64,000 bases of DNA from Longimicrobiales bacterium (GTDB lineage Bacteria > Gemmatimonadota > Gemmatimonadetes > Longimicrobiales > Gaopeijiaceae). The notes under the pieces were generated by a model. That model was not told the DNA's origin, did not search any database, and worked only from the letters and a program-made list of their open reading frames with translations. Numbering within the stretch: the first letter of the stretch is position 1; each line of letters begins with the position of its first letter. The stretch spans positions 1,504,001 through 1,568,000 of the forward strand of contig CAXXKM010000003.1 of assembly GCA_963664435.2 (NCBI GenBank), written 5' to 3'. Made by a program: the position numbers and the translations under genes. This document shows positions 9,137 to 19,500 of the stretch, in pieces.

Positions 9137-11926
9137 ATGCCGGGCGGCGTCCGTCCCTCCGGATCCCCTGCGGTCCGTTCGCTGGCCATCTCCTTCGCGC
9201 TCCTCCTCCTGCCCGCGTCGCTGGCCGCCCAGCAGACCGACGACGGCGGCGTCCCCGTGCTTGCCGTGCTGCCCCACGCCGAAGCCCCGGAAGCGCGCGC
9301 CGTCCGGACGCCCGGCGAGATCCGCATCGACGGCCGTCTGGACGAGGCGTCCTGGGACAGCGCCGCACCGGTAACGGAGTTCACGCAGATGGACCCGGAC
9401 GAGGGGGTTCCCGTCAGTGAGCGCACCGAAGTCCGGTTCCTGTACGACGACGACGCCCTCTACGTGGGCGCGCGCCTGGCGGACTCGGCCCCGGTCACCA
9501 CCCGGCTCGCCCGCCGCGACGCGGGCGTTCCCGATTCCGACTTCTTCACGGTGACCGTGGACAGCTACCACGATCACCGCACCGCCTATCGCTTCTCCAC
9601 CAATCCCTCGGGGATGAAGCGCGACGAGATACTCAGCGGAGGATCGGGCATCTTCGGCGGCGGCAGGGGGGACGGCCGCGGGGACGGTTCCTGGGATCCG
9701 ATCTGGGACGTCGCCACCTCGGTTACGGACGAGGGCTGGTACGTGGAGATGCGCATCCCCTTCAGCCAACTGCGCTTCAGCACCGACGCGGACCAGATGT
9801 GGGGGCTCCAGATCGAGCGCGTCATCAACCGCAACCAGGAGCGCGCGGTCTTCTCCTTCACGCCCAAGCTGGAACCCGGCGGCGTGGCCCGCTACGGACA
9901 TCTCGACGGAATCGAGGACGTCGCTTCCGGACGCAGGCTGGAGATCCTGCCCTACGGCGGGCTGAGCGCCGAGTACATCCGCCAGACGGCCCCGGCCGAC
10001 GTGTCGTTCGCCAACCCGTTCCGCTCCGGCTCGGACTACTTCGGACGGGCGGGCGCGGACCTCAAGTACCGGCTCGGCTCGAACCTCACCCTCGACGCCA
10101 CCGTGAACCCCGACTTCGGCCAGGTCGAGGTGGACCCGGCGGTGATCAACCTGACCGCCTTCGAGACCCGCTTCGACGAACGGCGCCCGTTCTTCGTGGA
10201 GGGCGGGGAGATCTTCCAGTACGCACGCGGCGGACCCGGGGGCAGCACCGGCCGCCCCCCCACCGTCATGTACTCGCGCCGCATCGGACGCAGGCCGCAG
10301 GGACCGATGGCGTCGGACGCGGTCTTCTCGGACGCGCCCACCTCGACCACCATCCTCGGGGCCGCCAAGATCACCGGGAAGGTGGGCGACGGCTGGTCGG
10401 TCGGGCTGCTGGAGGCAGTGACCGGGCGCGAGATGGCCCCGTACGTGGACGCCGGCGGGGTCCGTGGCGAAACCGAACTCGAACCCGCCACCAACTACCT
10501 GGCGGGACGGCTGCGGCGCGACCTCCGGGACGGCCTCACCCAGCTGGGCGCCATGGCCACCGCCGTCAACCGCGGCCTCTCGGCCAGCATGCTGGGCGAT
10601 CGCCTGCACTCCTCCGCGTACGTCGCCGGTGTGGACTTCATCCACGAGTGGGACGACCGCTCCTGGCGCATCAACGGCGCCTTCTCCGGGAGCCTCGTCT
10701 CCGGCAGCGAGGCGGCCATCCTGCGTACCCAGCGTGCGTCGGCCCGGTACTTCCAGCGCCCCGACGGCAACCGCGTCCTGGACCCGGACGCCACCTCGCT
10801 GGGCGGCCACTACGCGATGTTCGACCTCAACAAGCAGTCGGGCTCGTTCACGGCGCGAATCGCCATGGCGAACATCAGCCCGGACTACGAGGTCAACGAC
10901 ATCGGCTTCCAGACCGAGGCCGACCGGATCATGCTCGACACCCACCTCACCTGGCGCCAGCCGCGCCCGGGAACGTGGCTGCGCAACTGGTCGGTCTCCG
11001 GCGGCCCGGACGGCAAGTGGAACACGGCCGGCGACCGCCTGCACTCGGAGTTAAACGTCAACCTGAACTGGCAGTGGCTGAACTACTGGGGCGGCTCGGT
11101 CCGCGGCGTGATTCGGGCGCCCACCGACGACGACCGCCTCACCCGCGGCGGCCCGCTCGCCCGCAATCCACAATACTACGCGGGCAACGCAAACCTTTCC
11201 TCCGATTCGCGGCAGCCCGTAAGCGGAAGAGCCAGCTACAACTGGGCCTTCGACGAAGCCGGATCCCGGAGCCACACCGGGTCGCTGAACGTCACCTACA
11301 AGTCGGGCGAGAAGCTGGAGCTGCGTCTGGGTCCCAGGCTCACCCGCAGCTACGCCGAAGCCCAGTACGTGACTTCCCGTGACGACCCGCTGGCCACCGC
11401 CACCTTCGGCCGACGCTACATCTTCGCGCCCATCGATCAGACCACGCTGTCTCTCGACACCCGCCTGAACGTCACCTTCTCGCCTACGCTGACCCTCCAG
11501 GTCTACGCCCAGCCGCTCATCTCCAGCGGCGACTACGGGGGCCTCAAGGAATTCCGAAGGCCGGGGACCTTCGACTTCCTGCGCTACGGCGAAGACGCCG
11601 GCACGATGTACCGGCTGGAGAGCGGCGGTTTCCTGATCGATCCCGACGGCACCGGCGCGGCCCCCGAGATCACCATCCACGACCAGGACTTCAACGTGCG
11701 CAGCCTGCGCGGCAACGCGGTGCTGCGGTGGGAGTGGAGCCCCGGCTCGACGCTCTTCCTGGTCTGGCAGCAGCGACGCTACCACCGCGCGCTGCGCGAC
11801 GCCTGGGACCCGCTCGCGTCCGACGGCGTCGGCGACTTCGACTTCCGCTACGACGCCGGCGAGCTCGTGCGCATCCGCCCGGACAACATCTTCCTGGTCA
11901 AGGTGAACTACTGGCTGAACCTGTGA
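9137..11926 (+). CDS. DUF5916 / CBM9-domain outer-membrane protein
   Basis: Signal peptide, IDGRLDEASW, EMRIPFSQLRF, ATVNPDFGQVEVD, ERRPFFVEG, C-terminal VKVNYWL. Confidence 0.85.
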   Translation: MPGGVRPSGSPAVRSLAISFALLLLPASLAAQQTDDGGVPVLAVLPHAEAPEARAVRTPGEIRIDGRLDEASWDSAAPVTEFTQMDPDEGVPVSERTEVRFLYDDDALYVGARLADSAPVTTRLARRDAGVPDSDFFTVTVDSYHDHRTAYRFSTNPSGMKRDEILSGGSGIFGGGRGDGRGDGSWDPIWDVATSVTDEGWYVEMRIPFSQLRFSTDADQMWGLQIERVINRNQERAVFSFTPKLEPGGVARYGHLDGIEDVASGRRLEILPYGGLSAEYIRQTAPADVSFANPFRSGSDYFGRAGADLKYRLGSNLTLDATVNPDFGQVEVDPAVINLTAFETRFDERRPFFVEGGEIFQYARGGPGGSTGRPPTVMYSRRIGRRPQGPMASDAVFSDAPTSTTILGAAKITGKVGDGWSVGLLEAVTGREMAPYVDAGGVRGETELEPATNYLAGRLRRDLRDGLTQLGAMATAVNRGLSASMLGDRLHSSAYVAGVDFIHEWDDRSWRINGAFSGSLVSGSEAAILRTQRASARYFQRPDGNRVLDPDATSLGGHYAMFDLNKQSGSFTARIAMANISPDYEVNDIGFQTEADRIMLDTHLTWRQPRPGTWLRNWSVSGGPDGKWNTAGDRLHSELNVNLNWQWLNYWGGSVRGVIRAPTDDDRLTRGGPLARNPQYYAGNANLSSDSRQPVSGRASYNWAFDEAGSRSHTGSLNVTYKSGEKLELRLGPRLTRSYAEAQYVTSRDDPLATATFGRRYIFAPIDQTTLSLDTRLNVTFSPTLTLQVYAQPLISSGDYGGLKEFRRPGTFDFLRYGEDAGTMYRLESGGFLIDPDGTGAAPEITIHDQDFNVRSLRGNAVLRWEWSPGSTLFLVWQQRRYHRALRDAWDPLASDGVGDFDFRYDAGELVRIRPDNIFLVKVNYWLNL

Positions 11927-11938
11927 CGGAGGCGGCGT

Positions 11939-12421
11939 CTACCCGAACAGGCGCTCATCCCATCGCACCGGCATCTCGGGACCGGCCTGGAGTTGTGGAA
12001 ACTCGGGATGGTCGGCGTTGATGATCACGTTCCGCTCCATGCGCGTCACAACCGAGGGCACAAGCAGGATCGCGCTCCGTCGTTGCACATACCAGTCATG
12101 GCCGAATCGGCGCGCCGAAGGGCCCTCGGGCAAATCCCAACCCGGCACCGTACTCACGTCAACGACCTCGTAACTGGCACCGGCCGGTACAAGGATCTCG
12201 ATGAAGTACTGGTTCGCGGGCGGAACCCCATTCCATCGAACCAGCATCTCGAGCATGGCGGTCGAGTAGTGCTCCGAGGCGTAGATGACCCGGTCACCTC
12301 GCCTGTGCCAACGGCCATCAACGCTCCGAGCGCCGGCAGCGCTGTAGATCCTCCACCTGCCCTCCGGATCGCCGATCCTGAACGCGCATAGCGGCTCTGA
12401 CAGTCGCTTGGAACCAGTCAA
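11939..12421 (-). CDS. RES-domain toxin
   Basis: GRWH, YASEHYSTAMLE, LLVPSVV, NVIINADHPEF, WDERLF; overlaps the antitoxin by 4 bp. Confidence 0.9.
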   Translation of the reverse strand: MTGSKRLSEPLCAFRIGDPEGRWRIYSAAGARSVDGRWHRRGDRVIYASEHYSTAMLEMLVRWNGVPPANQYFIEILVPAGASYEVVDVSTVPGWDLPEGPSARRFGHDWYVQRRSAILLVPSVVTRMERNVIINADHPEFPQLQAGPEMPVRWDERLFG

Positions 12422-12897
12422 ACGGCGATGCCGGCTTCCGCGCGCCGCACGAGATTGAGTACGACATCCGCGCCGGCGGAGCAGGAGACCGCCATTTCAT
12501 AGGGCGTGGCCCCGTCGAGCAGTGGATGGCGACGGTGGAGAAAGGCGTCCATTCGTCGCTTGTCTCCGTGGAGCGCGCGCCCCAGGGCATGGAGCACCCG
12601 CCCGAGCTCGTATATCCTCTCACTGTGCCGGCGAGAGAGAGGCTTCCCGGCCTTGCGGTGACGACGGAGCGTGGCTTCCGAGACCACGGTGCCGATGACG
12701 CGGGATGACCCGAGCAACTCGTAGAGCGCGGAGACACAACTCGTCGGGAGCCCTGCAGCGATTCGGCGGGCCAGAGCGACCTCGTCCAGGCGCTCGGCGT
12801 CATTCAACTTCAACAGCCGACCGAGCTGCACGGTCTCACTACCCTCCATGCAGTCGAGGCTGGCGTAGGCTTCGAGCACGTCCACGATCGGCTCCAT
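12418..12897 (-). CDS. Xre/MbcA/ParS antitoxin
   Basis: RIAAGLP, TLRRHRK, SERIYELGRV, HPLLDGATP. Confidence 0.9.
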   Translation of the reverse strand: MEPIVDVLEAYASLDCMEGSETVQLGRLLKLNDAERLDEVALARRIAAGLPTSCVSALYELLGSSRVIGTVVSEATLRRHRKAGKPLSRRHSERIYELGRVLHALGRALHGDKRRMDAFLHRRHPLLDGATPYEMAVSCSAGADVVLNLVRRAEAGIAV

Positions 12898-12988
12898 GTG
12901 GCGAAAATGTCAGATGACGCCAATATAGCGATCATGTGACGGACGCGCTACCTGGCATCGTTGCAATGTGCTGGTGGGCTCGTCCCCA

Positions 12989-13930
12989 TCAATCCCGCGT
13001 GACCACCACCCGGAACCCGATGAACTCGCGGCGGACATCCGGCCCCGCAGCACCCCGGATGGCAGCGCGCACGTTGCGGATGGGGTCGGTGAACGAGCCG
13101 CCGCGCATCACCCAGAGCGCTTCTCCTTCCAGCCCCTCGCGGTCGTCGGCTTCGTCGTAGGGATAGGGCTGGTAGGGGCTGCGGGTCCACTCCCAGACGT
13201 TGCCGCTCATGTCGGCGAGCCCGTGGGCGCACTCCGGGCACACCAGTTCACCCACGGCCGTCGCGACGCCCGAAGCGACGTTGGCCCGGTCGGCGCGCAA
13301 CTCGTTCCCCCACGGAAAGATGCGCCCGTCGTCGCCACGAGCGGCCTTCTCCCACTGCGCCTCGCTCGGCAGCGTCACGCGCCAACCCGAGGCAAGGCTG
13401 CTGGTCAACTCCGGGGGCGTCGCCGGGGAGTCGCGCAGCAGCTCTTCCAGCCACCGGCAGTAGGCCAGGGCGTCCGGCCAGGAGACGAACGACACGGGAT
13501 GGAGCAGTGCCCCGGCCACCGCCTGCGGGTCCACTTCGTAGCCGGTGGCTTCCGCGAAGGCGCGGAACTGGGCGATCGTCACCTCACTCCGCCCGATCAA
13601 GAAGGCCGGCACATGGACCGTACCCTGCGGCTGGCCTGCACTCCAGCGCTCGACGTCGTAGGAGAGCGTGTCGAGGCCCGGGTCGCTCCCCATGAGGAAG
13701 GACCCTTCAGCGATCTCCACGAAGCCCAGCAGTGGATCGTCCGGGAGATGGCCGAGATCGGCGCGGTAGCCCGGAAGCCCGGGAGAGGGGTCCGCAGATT
13801 CGGCGGGAGCGGACGCGAGTCCCTCCGAATCCAATGCCCCGGATCCGGCCCGAGCCATCTGATTCCGATAGTCCAGCCACACGCCAGCGAAGATCAGGCC
13901 CACTACCGCAAGCACCGCCAGAAGCCTCAT
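12989..13930 (-). CDS. formylglycine-generating enzyme (SUMF1/PvdO) family protein, membrane-anchored
   Basis: FLMGS, EVTIAQF, VSWPDALAYC, LPSEAQWEKAARG, DMSGNVWEW, RGGSF, GFRVV. Confidence 0.9.
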   Translation of the reverse strand: MRLLAVLAVVGLIFAGVWLDYRNQMARAGSGALDSEGLASAPAESADPSPGLPGYRADLGHLPDDPLLGFVEIAEGSFLMGSDPGLDTLSYDVERWSAGQPQGTVHVPAFLIGRSEVTIAQFRAFAEATGYEVDPQAVAGALLHPVSFVSWPDALAYCRWLEELLRDSPATPPELTSSLASGWRVTLPSEAQWEKAARGDDGRIFPWGNELRADRANVASGVATAVGELVCPECAHGLADMSGNVWEWTRSPYQPYPYDEADDREGLEGEALWVMRGGSFTDPIRNVRAAIRGAAGPDVRREFIGFRVVVTRD

Positions 13931-14009
13931 GGGACCCCGCTCCCGAACCTCATCGGGCGTCGCTCCCAAGACGCATCAACGTCTTCGTCCCGCTGAGCGT
14001 GATCCTGTC

Positions 14010-15620
14010 TCATACTTTCGAGCCTAACCGCGCCTCCGTCCCGAGCCGCTCGCACGCAAACGCCCAGCGATGGGCGCAGGCGCGCGCGTAGAGTTCGGTT
14101 TCCGGCATGTCCATCAGGTTCAGGCCTCCCTGCCGCAGCAGCAGCCTGAGATCCAGGGGACGCGGAGGCGCGCGGCTCACCACCGACGGATCGAGCAGGT
14201 TCACGCAGCCCGCCTGGAACTGCGCCTCGCACGCCCGCGCGAAGAGGCCCAGCGCCAGCTCCGCGTCGCGCTCCACGATCCGGCCTTCGACGTAGTGCGC
14301 GCCCAGCTCGTTGCACGCCCATCCCGCATTGTCGGCGCAGTAGCTCGCCTCGATGCGCACCAGCCGTTCGCAGGCGTTGGGCCGCCCTTCCATGCACGCC
14401 TCTTCCCAGAACGGCAGCATGTCGCCCCGGTGGGGGCCGTCGGTGCGCCCGGTCGCGGCCATGGCGCCGAAAAAGACGATCCACACGGCCATGTGGGCCA
14501 GGTTGGCCGCCGCCCAGGGCGCGCGTGAGAGGCGCCGGACGCCCGGACGCCTCTGGAGCGCGCGCACGAAGCGATCGATCAGGGGCACGCTCAGGTTGAG
14601 CAGCGGCACGCACAGCAGCTTGTCGTAGAAGGTCGGCGCGCCCACGGCCTCGAGGAACCAGAACAGCCCGAAGACCCCGGCCCCGTAGAGCGCCCCGAAG
14701 ATGGCCCTGCCGGTGCGCGTGCGCGGGGAAGTCGACGGGTCCGTGACCAGCAGGTGCAGCCCCAGGAAGACCGCAGCCGGAATCTCGGAATCGATGAAGT
14801 ACGGGACCCCGGCCGCCGCTCCGTAGAGCGCGCTCAGCCCGAAGAGCGCGGCCGCCGCAAACGCCGACACCAGGGTCACCCGGAAGAAGTACATCACCAC
14901 CAGGCCGAGCCCGAAGAGCAGCAGGTAGATCGCGGGGACGAAGGTGAGCGTCGTTGCGATATCCTGCCCCCACGTCAGGTCGCTGGTGCCCGTCCCGATC
15001 AGCGCCAGCGAAAACAGCCCCAGCGAGAACGCCGAGGGGTTGAAGATGTGCGTGCGCCTCCCCTCGCGCCGCCACTGCACGAACGCCTTCCCCAGGAATC
15101 CCGCCCCCACCATCAGGAACTGCAGGTAGAACCAGTCGTCCGTGAACCAGAGGAAGAGGTTCGTGCTGAAGATGATGGGAAAGGGCCCGAAGCCGAGGAC
15201 GTAGCGCTCGCCCCGCGACCAGGCGAGCAGCATGTCGAAGGCGTATGCGAAGATCAGCTGCGCCAGCAGAAGCCCGGCGAAGTCGTAGACCGGCCGCCAG
15301 TACCAGCCCCAGACGGCGAACACCGTAAGCTGCACGAGGGCCTGCAGATAGTGCTGCGGGCGCAGTACGACCTGGAAGCCGCGGGACGCCCCGGCGCGCG
15401 ACAGCCTCGCGAACAGTATTCCCTGCCAGATCAGCAGCCCGGCAACCGCCGCCAGGAACGCGAAGCCGAGCCGGGCGTTGTCGGCTACGCGCGGCGCTAG
15501 GGAGAGGAGAAGGAGGCCCAGCGTCAGGAAGAGCGGGACGAGGAAGACGCGGCGCAGCTCCCTGCCGCGAGACCGGGGTCTCGTTCCCGGCTTCGGCGGC
15601 GAAGGAACTTCGCGACCAGG
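14010..15620 (-). CDS. RnfD/UnbU-like polytopic membrane protein with C-terminal Sel1-like repeats (start uncertain)
   Basis: HIFNPSAF, LLVTDPSTSPRT, Cys-containing ACxxG..AC..LG repeats; the frame stays open and hydrophobic upstream of the track's GTG at 15335. Confidence 0.7.
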   Translation of the reverse strand, partial: PGREVPSPPKPGTRPRSRGRELRRVFLVPLFLTLGLLLLSLAPRVADNARLGFAFLAAVAGLLIWQGILFARLSRAGASRGFQVVLRPQHYLQALVQLTVFAVWGWYWRPVYDFAGLLLAQLIFAYAFDMLLAWSRGERYVLGFGPFPIIFSTNLFLWFTDDWFYLQFLMVGAGFLGKAFVQWRREGRRTHIFNPSAFSLGLFSLALIGTGTSDLTWGQDIATTLTFVPAIYLLLFGLGLVVMYFFRVTLVSAFAAAALFGLSALYGAAAGVPYFIDSEIPAAVFLGLHLLVTDPSTSPRTRTGRAIFGALYGAGVFGLFWFLEAVGAPTFYDKLLCVPLLNLSVPLIDRFVRALQRRPGVRRLSRAPWAAANLAHMAVWIVFFGAMAATGRTDGPHRGDMLPFWEEACMEGRPNACERLVRIEASYCADNAGWACNELGAHYVEGRIVERDAELALGLFARACEAQFQAGCVNLLDPSVVSRAPPRPLDLRLLLRQGGLNLMDMPETELYARACAHRWAFACERLGTEARLGSKV

Positions 15621-15646
15621 GATGCCGCTGACGGTACCCCCTCCCC

Positions 15647-16555
15647 TCAGCCCGGCGGCCGCTGCGGACCCGTCTCCGCGGGCAGCCCCAGCAGGCTCCA
15701 GTCGTTCCAGGAACCGTCGTAGAAGCGGGTCTCATGGCCCATCAGGCGCGAGACGAAGTAGTTCACGCTGGCGCGCATCCCGATGTAGCAGTAGCTGATG
15801 ACGGTCTCGCCGGGATCGATGCCCGCGCGCCGGAACAGGGCCTCCATCTGCTCGCGCGAAACGAAGCGCGGCTCTTCGCGAGAGAGGATGAACTCCTCCC
15901 AGTAGACGTGCCCGGCGCCGGGGATGTGGCCCGGCCGGTAGGTGCCGTCGCGCCCGTTGTCGGCCCCGGTGTACTCGTTGTCGGGGCGGCCGTCCAGAAG
16001 GGCGTACCCGGCGCTGTTCCGGCGTTCGTCCACCCACTCCGCGTCCACGAAGACGTCGTCCTGGACGCGAGGGTCGAAGGAACCGCGCCCGCCGGACACC
16101 GGGCCGGTCGCGACCTGCCGCCCCGCGTCCCGCCACGCGAGGAGCCCGCCGTCCATTATCGACACCTGTTCATGGCCGAGGTGCTCGAGGGTCACGAACG
16201 CGCGCGCGGCGGGGATGGAGGTGCCATAGAGGACGACGTGCAGCTCGTTGGAGATCCCCGCCTGCCGGAAAGCCTCGACCACCTGCTCCAGCGGCGGGAG
16301 TTCGACCAGCCGTTCACCCACCTGGGTCACGATCTCCTGGTACGGCAGGAAACGGGCGCCGGGGATGTGACCTTCCCGGAAGGTAGACTCGTCGTACTCG
16401 ACGTTCAGGAGCAGGAGGCCGGGGTCGTCGAGACGGTCCGCGAGCCAGTCCTCGGTGACGAGGAGAGGATGGGCTTGCTGTGCCAGGCCGGAGGCCGGCA
16501 GCAGCACGGCCGCCAGCACCAGCACCCGTCGTACACCGCGTCGCTTGATCCTCAT
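15647..16555 (-). CDS. exported tandem-rhodanese sulfurtransferase
   Basis: Signal peptide from ATG 16555, GHIPGA x2, MDGGLLAW, YCYIGMRAS, YDGSWNDW. Confidence 0.9.
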   Translation of the reverse strand: MRIKRRGVRRVLVLAAVLLPASGLAQQAHPLLVTEDWLADRLDDPGLLLLNVEYDESTFREGHIPGARFLPYQEIVTQVGERLVELPPLEQVVEAFRQAGISNELHVVLYGTSIPAARAFVTLEHLGHEQVSIMDGGLLAWRDAGRQVATGPVSGGRGSFDPRVQDDVFVDAEWVDERRNSAGYALLDGRPDNEYTGADNGRDGTYRPGHIPGAGHVYWEEFILSREEPRFVSREQMEALFRRAGIDPGETVISYCYIGMRASVNYFVSRLMGHETRFYDGSWNDWSLLGLPAETGPQRPPG

Positions 16556-16569
16556 TGTCCTGCTCCGTG

Positions 16570-19500
16570 TCAGGTGTGATTTCGTCCGGTCGCGGCGGCG
16601 CGCCGCTTGCGGCCCATGTACGCACGCAGCGCCGGAGGCAGCGAGCCGATGCGCGCGGCACGCTCGACCTGGTTCGCAACCGCATCTTCGTACTCGCCCA
16701 GCCGTACGAAGGCGCTCCCTTCGTGTGCCGCCACCGGGACGCCGTCCCGGTAGACGACGCGGCTTCTGGTGCTCTTGGCGATGCGCGGCCCGGGCGTGAG
16801 GATGCCGGTGAGGTTGAGCGGGTCGGCCGCGCTCACCGGGACCGGGCGGCCGGAAGGAGCTTTCCGGCGGATGCGGCGCACAAGGCCGACCGCCTCGGGA
16901 AGCGCGAACTGCTCGCCGGACACGCCGGTGACGAAGCGGCCCCCGCGCACGTCGCCCCTCGCCTCCATGCGGCGGAGCGCGCGCACCAGCCGCCACCACG
17001 GCAGCGTGCGCGGCTCGTTGTCGAGCAGCCTGCGGAACAACACCCCGTAGCGGCGCAGCAGAACGCGCGCGGTCGCCATGGCCACCGCTTCCTCCCCCTC
17101 CCCCGCCCCGCCCCCGCGACCGGACGGGTCGCGGCGCAGAAGCGACCACCGCCCCGCCGAGTCCACCCCGAAGGCGACCGACGACCGCCGCCGGTTGCGG
17201 GCGCCCCGGCGCCCCGACCGGCCTTGCGCGCCGACTGCATTGGCCGCCAGGGACGCGTGCGGCGCCGGCCCGAGCGGCTTGCGCCGGTCGGAGGGTACGA
17301 GCAGCGCGCGCAGGCCGGTGAAGCTGTCCGCTGTGGCCAGGCCGGCGGCGACCAGTTCGCCCAGCGCCTCCTCCACCCGGGTGGGGAGCAGGCCGGATGC
17401 GCCCACCAGTTCGTGGAAGAAGGAGGCGCCGCGAGCGGCCAGCACGTCGTGCACGACCCGACCGTGGGCGGAGAGGAGCGAGGCGGCGCCGTTGGCCGGG
17501 GGATCTCCGCCTGCCACGGGGTCGGCGCCGACCGCGGAAGGACCCCCACCGGGGCGTAGCCACACCTCTATGCGGCTGCGGTCCAGGAAAGCGATCGGGG
17601 TGGCGGGAAGCGGGCCGCGCATCGGGGGACCGTTGCCCGCCGGCGGGGAGATGCGCGCCCAGGTGACGCGGCCCGCCATGCAGACGGCGTCCAGCAGCCC
17701 CGGGTCGTAGCTCGCGACCCGCCGGCCGAGCACGTCCGCCTCCCACGCGCCCGCGCAGGTCTCGAATCCCTCGAGCTGGGCGAGCACGCCGGCCAGCCCC
17801 TCCACCCCCGCCGCCTGCTCGCCCTCCGCTACCCGCTGCCACGCGAACAGGAAACGCATGAAGTCGGCCTGCGACACCGGCCGGATCTCCGCCCGCAACC
17901 GGTTGAGCGTGTAGCGGTGGATGCGGGCCAGCAGGCGGCGCTCGCACCACTCCACCCCGGCGTCCGGGCTGGTGAACGCACCCCGCAGAACGAAGCCCTC
18001 GCCCTCGAGCGCGAGGAGGGCCGCCTCCACCTCCGGTGCGCCCACCGCGAGCGTATGCGCCATCTCGCCGGCCGTGACCGGACCACACATCTGGAGCCGG
18101 CCGCGCACCAGCTCGCGCACCGCATCCTCGCGACTCCACTCGCGCGCGGCCAGGTCGGCAGGCGGCGTCAGGGCCGGCTCGAGCCGCACCTCCGGACCGG
18201 CCACGGCGAGCACCTCGGGCAGCCGCTCCGCGCTCACCCACCAGGCGGGACCCTCGGGCTCAACACCGTCCGCTGCCAGGGCCTCGTGCGCATTGGCGCC
18301 ATCCGAATTACGCATTTTACGCATTTTACGTAAAACAGCCTCGCCATCGCCCGCGCCCGCCTCCGAGCGGTCCGCCCCTGCGGCCACGTGCGGCCTCAGG
18401 CGGCCCCCCGCATCCCCAACCACCCCCAGCCGCCCCGCCCGCCCGGTGGCGCACAATTCCTCGAAAAATCCCCGCCACGAGCGACCATTCCCACCCGCAT
18501 CCCCATTCCCCCCTTCCCCTTCCGCGGCCGTCAGCACCCCCGCGGTCAACAGCGCGTCGTGCAGCTCGTCCGGGTCGCGCGGGTCCGGCCAAACTTCCTC
18601 GCGCACCCGCTGGATCGCCGCCGGGTCGAGCGCGCCCAGCTCGTCCGCCGACGAGGGCTCGAAGGCCCGCCGGGTCTGTACCGCCCGCGCGCGCCGCTCT
18701 TCCAGCGGAGCGTCATCCAGAAACGAATACGGGGCCGAATTGAGGATCTCGTGGCTGAGCACCGAGGGCTCGGGGGTGTCCCGCGTGACGTAGCGGATCT
18801 CGCCCGAGAACACCCGCCGCAGCACGCGATCCAGCTCGCCCATCGCCATCGCCTCCTCCAGGCAATCGCGCAGCGTCTGGCGGACCAGCGGATGATCGGG
18901 GATCTCGCGGTCGCCGCCGATGTTCTCGAGGCACGCGGCCGCTTCCGGAAAGGCCGCGGCCATAAGGTCGTCGGCCTCCATGCGCTGCAGCGGGGGCGGC
19001 ACCTTGCGGCCCGCCCGGTTGCGCAGCACCGCCAGCGAGATGGTCGCGTTCCAGCGCCAGCGCGTCGGAAAGACCGGCGAGTCGATCAGCGCCTGCACCA
19101 GCGTCCGCTCGAGCGTGTCCGGATGCACGTAGCGAAAGACATCCTCCAGCGGGAAGGAATGCTGCGGCCCCAGCGAGAGCAGGACGCCCTCCTCGGTGGC
19201 CGCCGCCTGGAGCTCGAAGTTGAACTGGCGGCAGAACTTCTTGCGCAGCGCAAGCCCCCAGGCCCGGTTCACCCGCGAGCCGAAGGGCGCGTGCAGGATC
19301 ATCTGCATGCCCCCGGCCTCGTCGAAGAAGCGTTCGAGCACCAGCGTATCCTGCGTGGGCAGCGCCCCGAGGATGTGCTTCGCCTCCCGCAGATAGTGCT
19401 GGATCTGCCGCGCGGCGGAACTCGACAGCCCCAGCTCTTCGAGCCACTTGGCGGCAGCGTCCTCGTCCTCCCCGTCCAGCCGCGCCTCGACGTCCGCGCG

